Positions 7,990 through 16,174 of a stretch of DNA of 32,000 bases are shown here, piece by piece. A program made the position numbers and the translations under genes. The stretch spans positions 4,590,001-4,622,000 of the forward strand of contig CP104013.1 of NCBI GenBank assembly GCA_025839675.1, written 5' to 3'. Source of the stretch: Candidatus Lokiarchaeum ossiferum. GTDB taxonomy: Archaea > Asgardarchaeota > Lokiarchaeia > Sigyniarchaeales > Promethearchaeaceae. The notes under the pieces were generated by a model. It saw nothing but the letters and a program-made list of their open reading frames with translations, was not told the DNA's origin and did no database searches. The number at the start of each line of letters is the position of its first letter. Positions within the stretch are counted from its first letter, which is position 1.

Positions 7990-8051
7990 AAACAGTGTGC
8001 ATAATTAAAAAAATTTCTTATTAAAGACTTAATGAATATAAAAATGGGTTT

Positions 8052-9008
8052 CTATGTTTGAGTTTCGATTTTGTCCAAGTAATTTTGATAAATTTTACGT
8101 TTTGACTCATTTTTTTCATTTTTGACTAAATTTTCTAAAATCTGAAGAATTTCATCTCGAGTGAGTTGGGTAGTGACAAATTTTTTTAATTTCAAATTTT
8201 TCGGATCAGCCAGATATAATTTGAAAAGTATATTTGAAACAGGTTTTCCGATCGCGAGTAATGCTTTAACGGAATGTTCCCGCACTTCATCGTACATATC
8301 ATTTGTTTTTTTGGCTAATTCTGGACCTGCTCGCGGATCTTTCAGTTTTGCTAAAGCTTTGGCAACATCTCTTCTAACATACCAGTATTTATCCATCTTT
8401 AAACGTTCTATTAAGGGTAATACGGCAGATCCATCTCCTATTTTGCCTAATGCGATCGCAGAAGCACATCGTACATCACCATCTGCTTCATCTTCTAATC
8501 CTTTTATTAGGGCTGGAACTCCAGCAGGGTCTTTGATATTTCCAATTGCTTTAATCGCACTAACGATAATATCGCTAAATTTGATTCCTTCTTCTTTCAA
8601 TTTCGCTGAAGCTTCATTTTCTTTTGTATTCGATTGAGCTTTAGGATCACCCACCATGGCATATGATCTTTGATTTGGATCAACCATTTTCATTAGAGAT
8701 GGGATCGCTCGTTTGTCCTTCAATTTTCCTAAACTCCAACAAGCGTTTGCTTTTACATAAGAATCAGGATCTTCTAGAGCTTTATCGAGTGCTTCTAAGA
8801 TGGTGTCAAATTGATCTGGATCTGCGATCTTTCCTAAAGCTCGTGCGGCAGAATTTCTTACTACTGAATCGCTATCGGTTTCAAGTAATTGAATTAAAGT
8901 GGGGATTGCTTCCTTGACTTTTAGATCCCCAATTTTGAAAATACTTTTTTTTTTTTCAGCAAGATCATTTGAATTTAGATTTTTGAGTAACTCTTGAGCT
9001 TCAGACAT
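8052..9008 (-). CDS. HEAT-repeat protein (PBS-lyase HEAT-like repeats)
   Basis: The ~31-aa unit recurs: D..VR..AA.ALG.IGD..A...L. Instances are SVVRNSAARALGKIADP, YVKANACWSLGKLKDKRAIPSL, DVRCASAIALGKIGDGSAVLPLI and YVRRDVAKALAKLKDPRAGPEL. Confidence 0.85.
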   Translation of the reverse strand: MSEAQELLKNLNSNDLAEKKKSIFKIGDLKVKEAIPTLIQLLETDSDSVVRNSAARALGKIADPDQFDTILEALDKALEDPDSYVKANACWSLGKLKDKRAIPSLMKMVDPNQRSYAMVGDPKAQSNTKENEASAKLKEEGIKFSDIIVSAIKAIGNIKDPAGVPALIKGLEDEADGDVRCASAIALGKIGDGSAVLPLIERLKMDKYWYVRRDVAKALAKLKDPRAGPELAKKTNDMYDEVREHSVKALLAIGKPVSNILFKLYLADPKNLKLKKFVTTQLTRDEILQILENLVKNEKNESKRKIYQNYLDKIETQT

Positions 9009-9093
9009 AAATTAAATTAAAATAAGCTGTTTCTAAATTAAAAATTCACTGAAAATTTTTTGAAATTCATTTTTTTAATGTTATTATTTTTGA

Positions 9094-9111
9094 GAATTTT
9101 GCTCAAAATTC
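9094..9111. promoter_or_regulatory. Inverted repeat GAATTTTG-CT-CAAAATTC in divergent promoter region
   Basis: 8-bp perfect arms with a 2-nt spacer, about 28 nt upstream of the JAMM-protein start. It could be an operator. In DNA this AT-rich a chance occurrence is plausible. Confidence 0.25.
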
Positions 9112-9138
9112 AAATAAAATGCATAAACAAAACACTTG

Positions 9139-10218
9139 ATGGGAAAAAAAAAAAATGTTAAAGTGTCTGATTCTTTAGAGGATTTATTTGGAGTGGAATC
9201 AAGTGAAAGAAATGACAATACGGATACGAAAAATCAACCGACTTCAATAAAAGAAAGATTACAACCAAAAAAGACACATGCAGCTACAAAAAAAAGTAAA
9301 TCTCATCGAATGTTAAATATTCCTCAGCTCACTGGAACAGAAATGATTGAATGTCCTCATGAAATCGATTCAGTTTTTATTACTCAAAAAGCCTTTGATG
9401 ATATAATAATGATGGCTCGGGCAATAAACGAAATTAGTCGAGAAAGATGGGGATCTGATTCTCAAAAGTTGGAAGTTTTTTGTTATGTACTCACTAATGA
9501 ATCAGATTTTAAAAATGATTTTCCTGCACGAATTTCGGAAATTTATATCCCTCATCATTCTGCATCTGAGACTGCCGTGAATGTTTCAACTGAAGCAGTA
9601 ATAGAAGTGGGTGAATATATTAAAGAAAATAAAAAAATTTTGCTTGGTTGGGCTCATAGCCACGGACACTTTAAAGTTTATAGTTCTAAAACCGATGAGC
9701 AAAACCATAAAGCATTGTTAAATGATACCTCGAATTATATCACTCTAGGGCACTTTAAGATAAAATATTCTTATGGAATTACTGTTATTGAAGATGGAAC
9801 TCATTTGGGTGTTATTTTGAGTCAATATCCTTGTGGACATATTGGACGAGTTGAAGACACATCCTTTGATATACAAGGGCCTCGATATTCAAGCAAAGAG
9901 AAAGAAAATCGTTATTTGCAAATTAAGGAACAACTGGAAGATCGCGTTGATCTAGTTCGCCCTTCTATTCAACCTTCCCGGGAAGATTCATTGAAAAACA
10001 TTTCTGAAGAATTTGTTTCTGAATATATACGAAACTTAAGGAAAGCGAAAAATTTATTGTATGATAAACTTCCCGACGATATGGACAAACATTTCGAGCT
10101 CTTTCAACGTGTTTTGCAAGAATATGACACACTCCTAATGAGTACTGCTGAGGAAAGTTTTACAAATGTGTCCGAAAAACTTTTGTCGGCGATGAAACAA
10201 TATAATAACAGTATTTAA
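9139..10218 (+). CDS. JAMM/MPN+ domain metalloprotease (Rpn11/AMSH/CSN5-type active site) with disordered N-terminus and helical C-terminal extension
   Basis: Complete JAMM motif: E113 (KLEVFCYVL), then 61 residues later H-S-H-x7-S-x2-D in GWAHSHGHFKVYSSKTDEQNH (nt 9655-9696). Residue numbers follow the track ORF starting at 9136. About 70 N-terminal residues are K/S/T/E-rich. The C-terminal ~120 aa look helical. Confidence 0.8.
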   Translation: MGKKKNVKVSDSLEDLFGVESSERNDNTDTKNQPTSIKERLQPKKTHAATKKSKSHRMLNIPQLTGTEMIECPHEIDSVFITQKAFDDIIMMARAINEISRERWGSDSQKLEVFCYVLTNESDFKNDFPARISEIYIPHHSASETAVNVSTEAVIEVGEYIKENKKILLGWAHSHGHFKVYSSKTDEQNHKALLNDTSNYITLGHFKIKYSYGITVIEDGTHLGVILSQYPCGHIGRVEDTSFDIQGPRYSSKEKENRYLQIKEQLEDRVDLVRPSIQPSREDSLKNISEEFVSEYIRNLRKAKNLLYDKLPDDMDKHFELFQRVLQEYDTLLMSTAEESFTNVSEKLLSAMKQYNNSI

Positions 10219-10310
10219 TTTTTTACACTTTTTCAAAAGTTCTTGTATGATCCAGATATTACCCGCAGATATTTAGCCCCAAACACCATATATTCTGTAG
10301 AACATCTCAA

Positions 10311-11747
10311 GTGGTCAGAAGGTCTAGTGGTGTAAAATCTATGGTTACTCAAAAAAAATTCTTTAAGTGTAATTCATGTGGTCTGGAACAAAATCTAGAT
10401 CAAAGCGTTCATATCACGTTAAAATATTGTGTTAGCTGTTATAATAAGGAGCAAATTCATCGAGAATCAATGCGAAAGATCAACATGTATATCGCTTTAC
10501 TAAAGGAAAAAAATAAATATTCCAAAATAAGGCGACAAAAAATCCAAGATATTATAAGAATCAATGAACTCATCTTACCCTTGACTATTTTTCAGCTCGA
10601 AGACGGTGAAGTGCTGGATTACTTACATGAATCAAGAAGAAATGCTTTTAAATCTGGATTAAAACAAATCACAGAAAAATATAACCTCTCGTTAAATCCC
10701 GATATTATCACTCATGAATTAATAAACAAGTTGGAACCAATTTGGAAATTTAGACGGGTACCTACTAGCCAAAAACTCGATGAACGTTTATCCCCTTTAG
10801 ATCCGTTTATTGATAAACCCATTAAAGAAAAGCAACTGTTTTTCAAGGATATTAAAAAAGCAATTACAATGCCCTATTTTACCAAAGTGAAAGGAAAATA
10901 CTTAATAAAACAAATGGCACCATTTAAATTCAAAGATTCCTATATTTTAAAGACAATTAAGACATATCGAAAGGCAATAGAGAAAGCCGCGACCCAACCC
11001 GAACAATTCAGACGGTTTTTGAAAGCTCTTGGGATGAATTGTCAATTCCAAACAATTGATGATCGGTTAAAGTTGGGGATTCAAGAGTACGCTAGAGATG
11101 TATCTGAGGATCAAATCAAAATTTTAACAAATCGAATGATCTCTGAAATAGATCAAGCTGAAAATTCCTTCTTAATTCCAAATATTGCGAAGCATATTAT
11201 GGATAATCATGAACGTTTATTTGAAAAATGGTTTTGCTATATTTTACCCTTTGATAAAAGCCGGTTTATGTCTGTTCAAGCAAAAACTGGGAGTCGGACA
11301 GATTTTGTTGTACGACTTCAATATCATTTTAGAAAATATGAGCTAAAAATGATCTATGATGCTCTTTGGGAAAGTTCTGAATATTTAGTTCGTGCAAAAA
11401 CTGAACAAAAATTAGCAAAAATAAAGAAAGATTCATCTCTTGCTCCTGAACAGAAAAAATTGAAAATTGCGAAAGCCCTTGAACGTTTAGAAAAAAATCT
11501 TGCTGCTGATAAATTACAGCAAACTCGGGAACAAAATGCTAAAGGATCCCCAATGGTCGCCCGATTTTTACTTTTGAACTCAGAAAAAGCGTTTAATATG
11601 GTGTTAGATAAAATCATTCGATATCATTATAAGCGATTGAATCTAACAACTCCTGTGAGTTACATCACCAATGTTCTTGAATCTGGTGCCGAAGAAAAGA
11701 AAGGGGAATTAAAAGCTTTTTACATGATTCAATCTCGTGAATGGTAA
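10311..11747 (+). CDS. Hypothetical protein with N-terminal CxxC...CxxC zinc ribbon
   Basis: 478-aa ORF (GTG 10311; alternative ATG 10341). KCNSCGLEQNLDQSVHITLKYCVSCYNKE is a four-Cys zinc-ribbon pattern. The rest is a K/E/I-rich helical sequence with no motif I recognise. Confidence 0.6.
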   Translation: MVRRSSGVKSMVTQKKFFKCNSCGLEQNLDQSVHITLKYCVSCYNKEQIHRESMRKINMYIALLKEKNKYSKIRRQKIQDIIRINELILPLTIFQLEDGEVLDYLHESRRNAFKSGLKQITEKYNLSLNPDIITHELINKLEPIWKFRRVPTSQKLDERLSPLDPFIDKPIKEKQLFFKDIKKAITMPYFTKVKGKYLIKQMAPFKFKDSYILKTIKTYRKAIEKAATQPEQFRRFLKALGMNCQFQTIDDRLKLGIQEYARDVSEDQIKILTNRMISEIDQAENSFLIPNIAKHIMDNHERLFEKWFCYILPFDKSRFMSVQAKTGSRTDFVVRLQYHFRKYELKMIYDALWESSEYLVRAKTEQKLAKIKKDSSLAPEQKKLKIAKALERLEKNLAADKLQQTREQNAKGSPMVARFLLLNSEKAFNMVLDKIIRYHYKRLNLTTPVSYITNVLESGAEEKKGELKAFYMIQSREW

Positions 11748-11830
11748 GTTTGCATTTTTTTTCATTTCTGCTTCTTTTTAATAACAAAGTGAAACTCCCT
11801 TTTTAAACATTAAAAGCTACTTCTGTAATT

Positions 11831-12748
11831 ATGGAAAATATTACTTTTACTGATCATGCTGGTGTTAAAATCACCGCATATAAATGGGTCCCAAAAACTG
11901 GGATAACTCCGAAAGGTCTTATTCAGATTGTTCATGGCATGGCTGAACATGCCTTGCGATATGATTTCTTAGCAGAAGCACTCACAGATGAAGGATTTGT
12001 GGTATATGCTGAAGACCATCGAGGTCACGGGAAAACGATGGAATCGATGGATAAGGCAGGATCTTTGAATCCTGATGGGTGGGATGGTGTTGTCAAAGAT
12101 TTAAAACAATTAAAGGATATAATGGTAAAAGATTATCCTGATTTACCAGTGTTTATGTTTGGCCATAGTTGGGGATCATTTTTAACTCAAGATTTCATCC
12201 AAAAATGGGGTGATGAATTAAAAGGTATTATATTAAGTGGAACTGCAGGAAAACAAGATACTCTTGGCTTATTAATTCTTATTGCTAAGTTACAAGTAAA
12301 ATTGCATGGTTCTGATACTCCTGCCGGATTAATATATAAGTTAGGTGTGGAACCTTTAAATAGAAGATTTGAACCTGCTAAAAGTGCTTCAGCATGGTTA
12401 TCAACTGTGGAAGAAGAAGTTCAGAAATATGATGACGATCCATTATGTGGTTATAGACCTCCAAATGGGTACTACTTGGAGATGGCATATGCTATGAAAC
12501 GTTTATGGAAAAAAGAAAATGAATCCAAGATTCCTAAAAATCTGCCAATTTATATGATCGTGGGTGAACTTGATCCAGTGGGGAATTTTACAAAAAATTT
12601 CATGCCCCTAGTTCATCGCTATCAAAATCAAGGAATTGCAGATGTGAGATACAAAATATATAAAGATGCTCGTCATGAAATTTTGAATGATTATTGTCGT
12701 AAAGAAGTGGTTCAAGACACTGTTAACTGGTTTAATAATCATATGTAA
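11831..12748 (+). CDS. Alpha/beta hydrolase, lysophospholipase / monoacylglycerol-lipase-like
   Basis: HGMAEHALRYDFLAEALTDEGFVVYAEDHRGHGKT (oxyanion HG plus DHRGHG), nucleophile elbow GHSWGS, and distal D...H (GELDPV ... ARHEILND). This is the typical PldB/MGL-type layout. Confidence 0.85.
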   Translation: MENITFTDHAGVKITAYKWVPKTGITPKGLIQIVHGMAEHALRYDFLAEALTDEGFVVYAEDHRGHGKTMESMDKAGSLNPDGWDGVVKDLKQLKDIMVKDYPDLPVFMFGHSWGSFLTQDFIQKWGDELKGIILSGTAGKQDTLGLLILIAKLQVKLHGSDTPAGLIYKLGVEPLNRRFEPAKSASAWLSTVEEEVQKYDDDPLCGYRPPNGYYLEMAYAMKRLWKKENESKIPKNLPIYMIVGELDPVGNFTKNFMPLVHRYQNQGIADVRYKIYKDARHEILNDYCRKEVVQDTVNWFNNHM

Positions 12749-15700
12749 TATTATTTCTGTTTTTCTTTTTTCTTCATTCATTACCCTTTATTCAGAAATT
12801 TTTTATTCAAGATGCTCACAAATAAGCATAGGTATTAAAAACCGAATTTCAAGTTATAAATCATCCATAAATTCGGTTGTTGGTGAAGCAATTTTGGAAA
12901 AAACACAATTTGATCGAAAACAAGAGATACTTTCTGCATCAAAGAATAGGATTGAGCAACAATTGAATGATCTGGAAAAATCTTTGAAAATTCGAGACCA
13001 GAAAATCCATAAATTACAGAAATATCTAAAGGAAAAGCATCGGGAAATTGTGGATACTAAAAAGAAAATCAAAAGTCTTGCTCATATTGAAGAACAATCC
13101 AAAGCTCAAATCGATCAAAATATCGAAATGTTGACTTGGTTGGTGGATTCTGTAGATGGAACAGTAACTGAACTCAAAGCCAATATGATCCTTAACTCTG
13201 AAAATGCGATCTTAGAAAATATTAGTGATTTTCAAAATTATGTGAAAGATCTGGAAGAGATTATGGAACCATTAGGCGAATGTTCTGCAATTTCCAATCA
13301 AAAAGAATTAAACATGATTACAAATTCTATTGCTTCTACTTTGGAACTTTTTTCAGAAAATATTGATCAATCTATTGATTCTATGTCTGAATTAGTCCAA
13401 AAAGCTGCTGTTGCTGCGGTAGACCGTTCTTCGAAAGAATTTGATGGGTTTATTGAGGATATTCATCAAATTTTTGATACTTTTAATAATATCTTGCAAA
13501 AATTAAAACTTTCAAATTCCACCAAAAAATATCTCGCTTTGGAAGAAATTTATATTGAATCTAATTCGCTATTGGGTGAGATGATTGAATTAAAGAAAAA
13601 ATCATCCACTGAAAATGCTCGGAGGCTCTTATTTAAAAAGGATTTAGATATGCTTTCTCAATTTGGATTATCAAAAGATAAAAATAACCTTCGTAAACAA
13701 TTAATCGAAATGCAAAAGACAAAAAGTGAGATTCAAGAAAAATATCATAAAAAGCAAAATATTCGCGAATCACTGGAAGAAAAAGTTGATTTCATTGAAT
13801 CGGAAAAGGAAACTATTCGTACATGGTTTGAAGCCTTAACTGATGAAGTTGTTGATAATCAGGATACTGCAACTGAGACTTATAATATCATGTATGCAAC
13901 TCTTGATTCCATTCATTCTTCTATTTCTTTTATAAAAGCAGATCTTCGAAATACAAGTGAAGCAACTATTCGATCTATCATAGAAGAATTCTCAAAAAGT
14001 GCAAAAGCCTTTGGTCGTATGGTTGCTATTATTAAAAAATTGGATAAAGTTGTCGATCCAAAAAAAAAGCAAAAGTCAATCGAATTAATTTATCAAAAAT
14101 CTAAGTCTCATATCTCCAAAATTAAAAAAATAGTCTCCCGGTTATCAAAAGAAGTTAAAACTGCTAATCAAAAAGCCATCGAAGAATCTTTCATTGATTT
14201 TAATAAGTTCATTGAAGTGTTTAAAAATAAATTCTATGTTATTCAAGATGCTGTTTCTGCAATCACACTTTCAAGTTCCGCCCAATTGATCCATGATTTA
14301 GAAGATTTAAGTGAAAATCAGCTGGAATCTCGCGAAGAATTACAAAACTTAGATCTCATTTTATCTGAGCTTAAAATTCAACTGGATTCCTATGATGAAA
14401 AAATTCAAGGATTTGAAAATGAACTGAAAATCTTCGGACATTCGGATCGAAAACGAAGAAAGGTTTTAGTTATTACAAAATCGGTTTCAGAGGGTGAAAC
14501 ATGGTTAATGCAAGATGTTACATGGAATGTTAAAAATGATGGAATTGTTGCGTTTGAAGATATTCATCTGAACGATCTTGTTGTTCATAGCCACGAATGT
14601 CTCACATCCAATGTGAATTATGATAAAAAGGAATTTAATTCTTCTCATCAATTAATTTCTTGGAACATCGACACTTTGGATAAAAAAGATCATATAGATA
14701 TTCATTGTCTTCGCCAAGGATTTCGCCCTCTTCATAAAAATAACAAAAATTATACGCGAAACATTAGTACCCCTAGGACTTTTCGATATCGGAATCTTGC
14801 CCAACCCATTTCTTTAACATTCATAGAAAGGGAGGGTGAAGGTGCCATGGTTCTTACCAATACTGGTGTAAGTGATACTATTTGGAATATTTCTTTAGAA
14901 TTTAAAGAGACTTCTGAGGTTTCAGATATCCCTAATGTCAAAATTTTTGGTTTAAAACCTCAACAATCATTTATAAAAAAATATTCATATTCTCGAGCTG
15001 GTTCTTTGAAACCCCGCCTTTTTGAAGCTAGTTCCAAATATCTTGTGGGAATTCGGGAGCAGAGATCAATTCGTTCAGAAAATGAATACAGATGTGAACT
15101 TATTTTTGAAAATAAATCTGAATTTCTGCTTCATTTAACCTCATTCGAAGTTTATGATATTAAGAATCCCAAAACGCCCGTCATTCAGGTTAAAGACCAT
15201 CATCTTGAAATATTGCGTCCTAATTTAGATTTTCGCAAAAATTATGATGTTGAAACAGCATTGGACCCTCCTCAATTTGTCATCGACTATTCATTCACTC
15301 TACATCTTGTGTATGAGTATGACACTACTAGCAAAATTGATCTTAGTGAATTGAAAGAAACTCCTGATCTTATTTACAATAAAGATATTTCTGCTGAAGC
15401 TCTCCAAGAGTTTATTCCAAATTTATATAATCAAAAACAAACTTCAATTGAAATACACCCAGAAATACAAATGATTAATGAGGAAATTGATGCTATACGT
15501 GATCAAATAAAATCACTTGAATCCCAGCTCCAAGAACAAACTATAATGCTTGAAAAGAAACAATCTGATAAAGAAAATTTATTGATTCTCATTAAAAAAG
15601 AAATGCAAGAAGAAAAACTTAAAGAAGAAAAGCGCAAGCAAGAAGCAAAAATTCTTGCTCAGAAGCAAGCTGAGGAGCAACAAAAATTACAAATTGAAAA

Positions 15701-16043
15701 AGAAAAAATTGCTGAAATGAAAGCTAAACTGGCCAAGAAAAAGAAAACACTGGCAAAGAAATCTATTAGTGTGAAAAAAGTAGTGGAAAAGGAAATCGCA
15801 CCAAGGAAAGAAGCTGATAAAAAAAAATCTACTACCAAAAAGAAAAAATCTACTACCAAAAAGAAAAAATCTACTACCAAAAAGAAAAAATCTACTACCA
15901 AAAAGAAAAAATCTTCTACTAAAAAGAAAATATCTAAGAAGAAGAAAACCTCAACAAATAAGAAATCAACCAAGAAGAAGAAAACATCGACCAAAAAGAA
16001 ATCAACGCTTAAAAAAAGTAAACAAAAGAAGTTAAAAACTTGA
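12687..16043 (+). CDS. Giant coiled-coil protein: helical rod (~500 aa) + ~300 aa beta-sandwich-like modules + K/E-rich helix + polybasic STTKKKK-repeat tail
   Basis: 1118-aa ORF. Heptad-like E/K/I/L/N/Q sequence spans aa ~75-600. Strand-like alternating patterns span aa ~600-900 (VTWNVKNDGIVAFEDIHLNDLVV; GAMVLTNTGVSDTIWNISLEF; YRCELIFENKSEFLLHLTSFEVYD). Then come KLKEEKRKQEAKILAQKQAEEQQKLQIEKEK and a K/S/T tail. No P-loop or catalytic motif was seen. The start is uncertain: ATG 12687 overlaps the upstream gene by 62 nt, and in-frame TTG 12894 is the alternative. Confidence 0.8.
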   Translation: MIIVVKKWFKTLLTGLIIICNIISVFLFSSFITLYSEIFYSRCSQISIGIKNRISSYKSSINSVVGEAILEKTQFDRKQEILSASKNRIEQQLNDLEKSLKIRDQKIHKLQKYLKEKHREIVDTKKKIKSLAHIEEQSKAQIDQNIEMLTWLVDSVDGTVTELKANMILNSENAILENISDFQNYVKDLEEIMEPLGECSAISNQKELNMITNSIASTLELFSENIDQSIDSMSELVQKAAVAAVDRSSKEFDGFIEDIHQIFDTFNNILQKLKLSNSTKKYLALEEIYIESNSLLGEMIELKKKSSTENARRLLFKKDLDMLSQFGLSKDKNNLRKQLIEMQKTKSEIQEKYHKKQNIRESLEEKVDFIESEKETIRTWFEALTDEVVDNQDTATETYNIMYATLDSIHSSISFIKADLRNTSEATIRSIIEEFSKSAKAFGRMVAIIKKLDKVVDPKKKQKSIELIYQKSKSHISKIKKIVSRLSKEVKTANQKAIEESFIDFNKFIEVFKNKFYVIQDAVSAITLSSSAQLIHDLEDLSENQLESREELQNLDLILSELKIQLDSYDEKIQGFENELKIFGHSDRKRRKVLVITKSVSEGETWLMQDVTWNVKNDGIVAFEDIHLNDLVVHSHECLTSNVNYDKKEFNSSHQLISWNIDTLDKKDHIDIHCLRQGFRPLHKNNKNYTRNISTPRTFRYRNLAQPISLTFIEREGEGAMVLTNTGVSDTIWNISLEFKETSEVSDIPNVKIFGLKPQQSFIKKYSYSRAGSLKPRLFEASSKYLVGIREQRSIRSENEYRCELIFENKSEFLLHLTSFEVYDIKNPKTPVIQVKDHHLEILRPNLDFRKNYDVETALDPPQFVIDYSFTLHLVYEYDTTSKIDLSELKETPDLIYNKDISAEALQEFIPNLYNQKQTSIEIHPEIQMINEEIDAIRDQIKSLESQLQEQTIMLEKKQSDKENLLILIKKEMQEEKLKEEKRKQEAKILAQKQAEEQQKLQIEKEKIAEMKAKLAKKKKTLAKKSISVKKVVEKEIAPRKEADKKKSTTKKKKSTTKKKKSTTKKKKSTTKKKKSSTKKKISKKKKTSTNKKSTKKKKTSTKKKSTLKKSKQKKLKT
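15828..15932 (+). repeat. In-frame 21-bp tandem repeat (4 identical copies + 1 degenerate) encoding STTKKKK
   Basis: tctactaccaaaaagaaaaaa begins at 15828, 15849, 15870 and 15891 with 100% identity. A degenerate copy (tcttctactaaaaagaaaata) begins at 15912. Further K/S/T-rich decay continues to ~16040. Confidence 0.95.
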
Positions 16044-16174
16044 TTGTCCGATTATTTATTAGATCTTTCTTACTTCTTTAACATTTTACAGTCAATAAAA
16101 CAAATACTGCAGAAAAGAAAGATTAAAAAAGACTTATGTGAATATTAAGTTCATAAAAAGGAATCTAATTTGCT

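Noticed and set aside
8161-8637. 158-aa plus-strand ORF, and another at 8663-8917
   Set aside because: They are antisense to the HEAT-repeat gene, which has a clear repeat signature in its own frame.
9144-9155. A12 homopolymers as programmed-frameshift or phase-variation sites. The others are T12 at 8945-8956 and A12 at 5174-5185.
   Set aside because: A-runs of 9-12 nt are frequent throughout this window, for example near 14050, 15819 and 17623. They simply encode Lys blocks, and no alternative frame continues as an ORF after them.
15659-15994. 111-aa minus-strand Phe-rich ORF (FFFLVVDFFFLVVD...)
   Set aside because: It is the mirror image of the poly-Lys/STTKKKK coding repeat. Its periodicity is inherited from the sense-strand repeat, so it is not an independent gene.
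15828-16040. Possible CRISPR or minisatellite
   Set aside because: The repeats are contiguous with no spacers. The period is 21 bp (7 codons) and lies entirely within a long ORF, so this is a coding tandem repeat.
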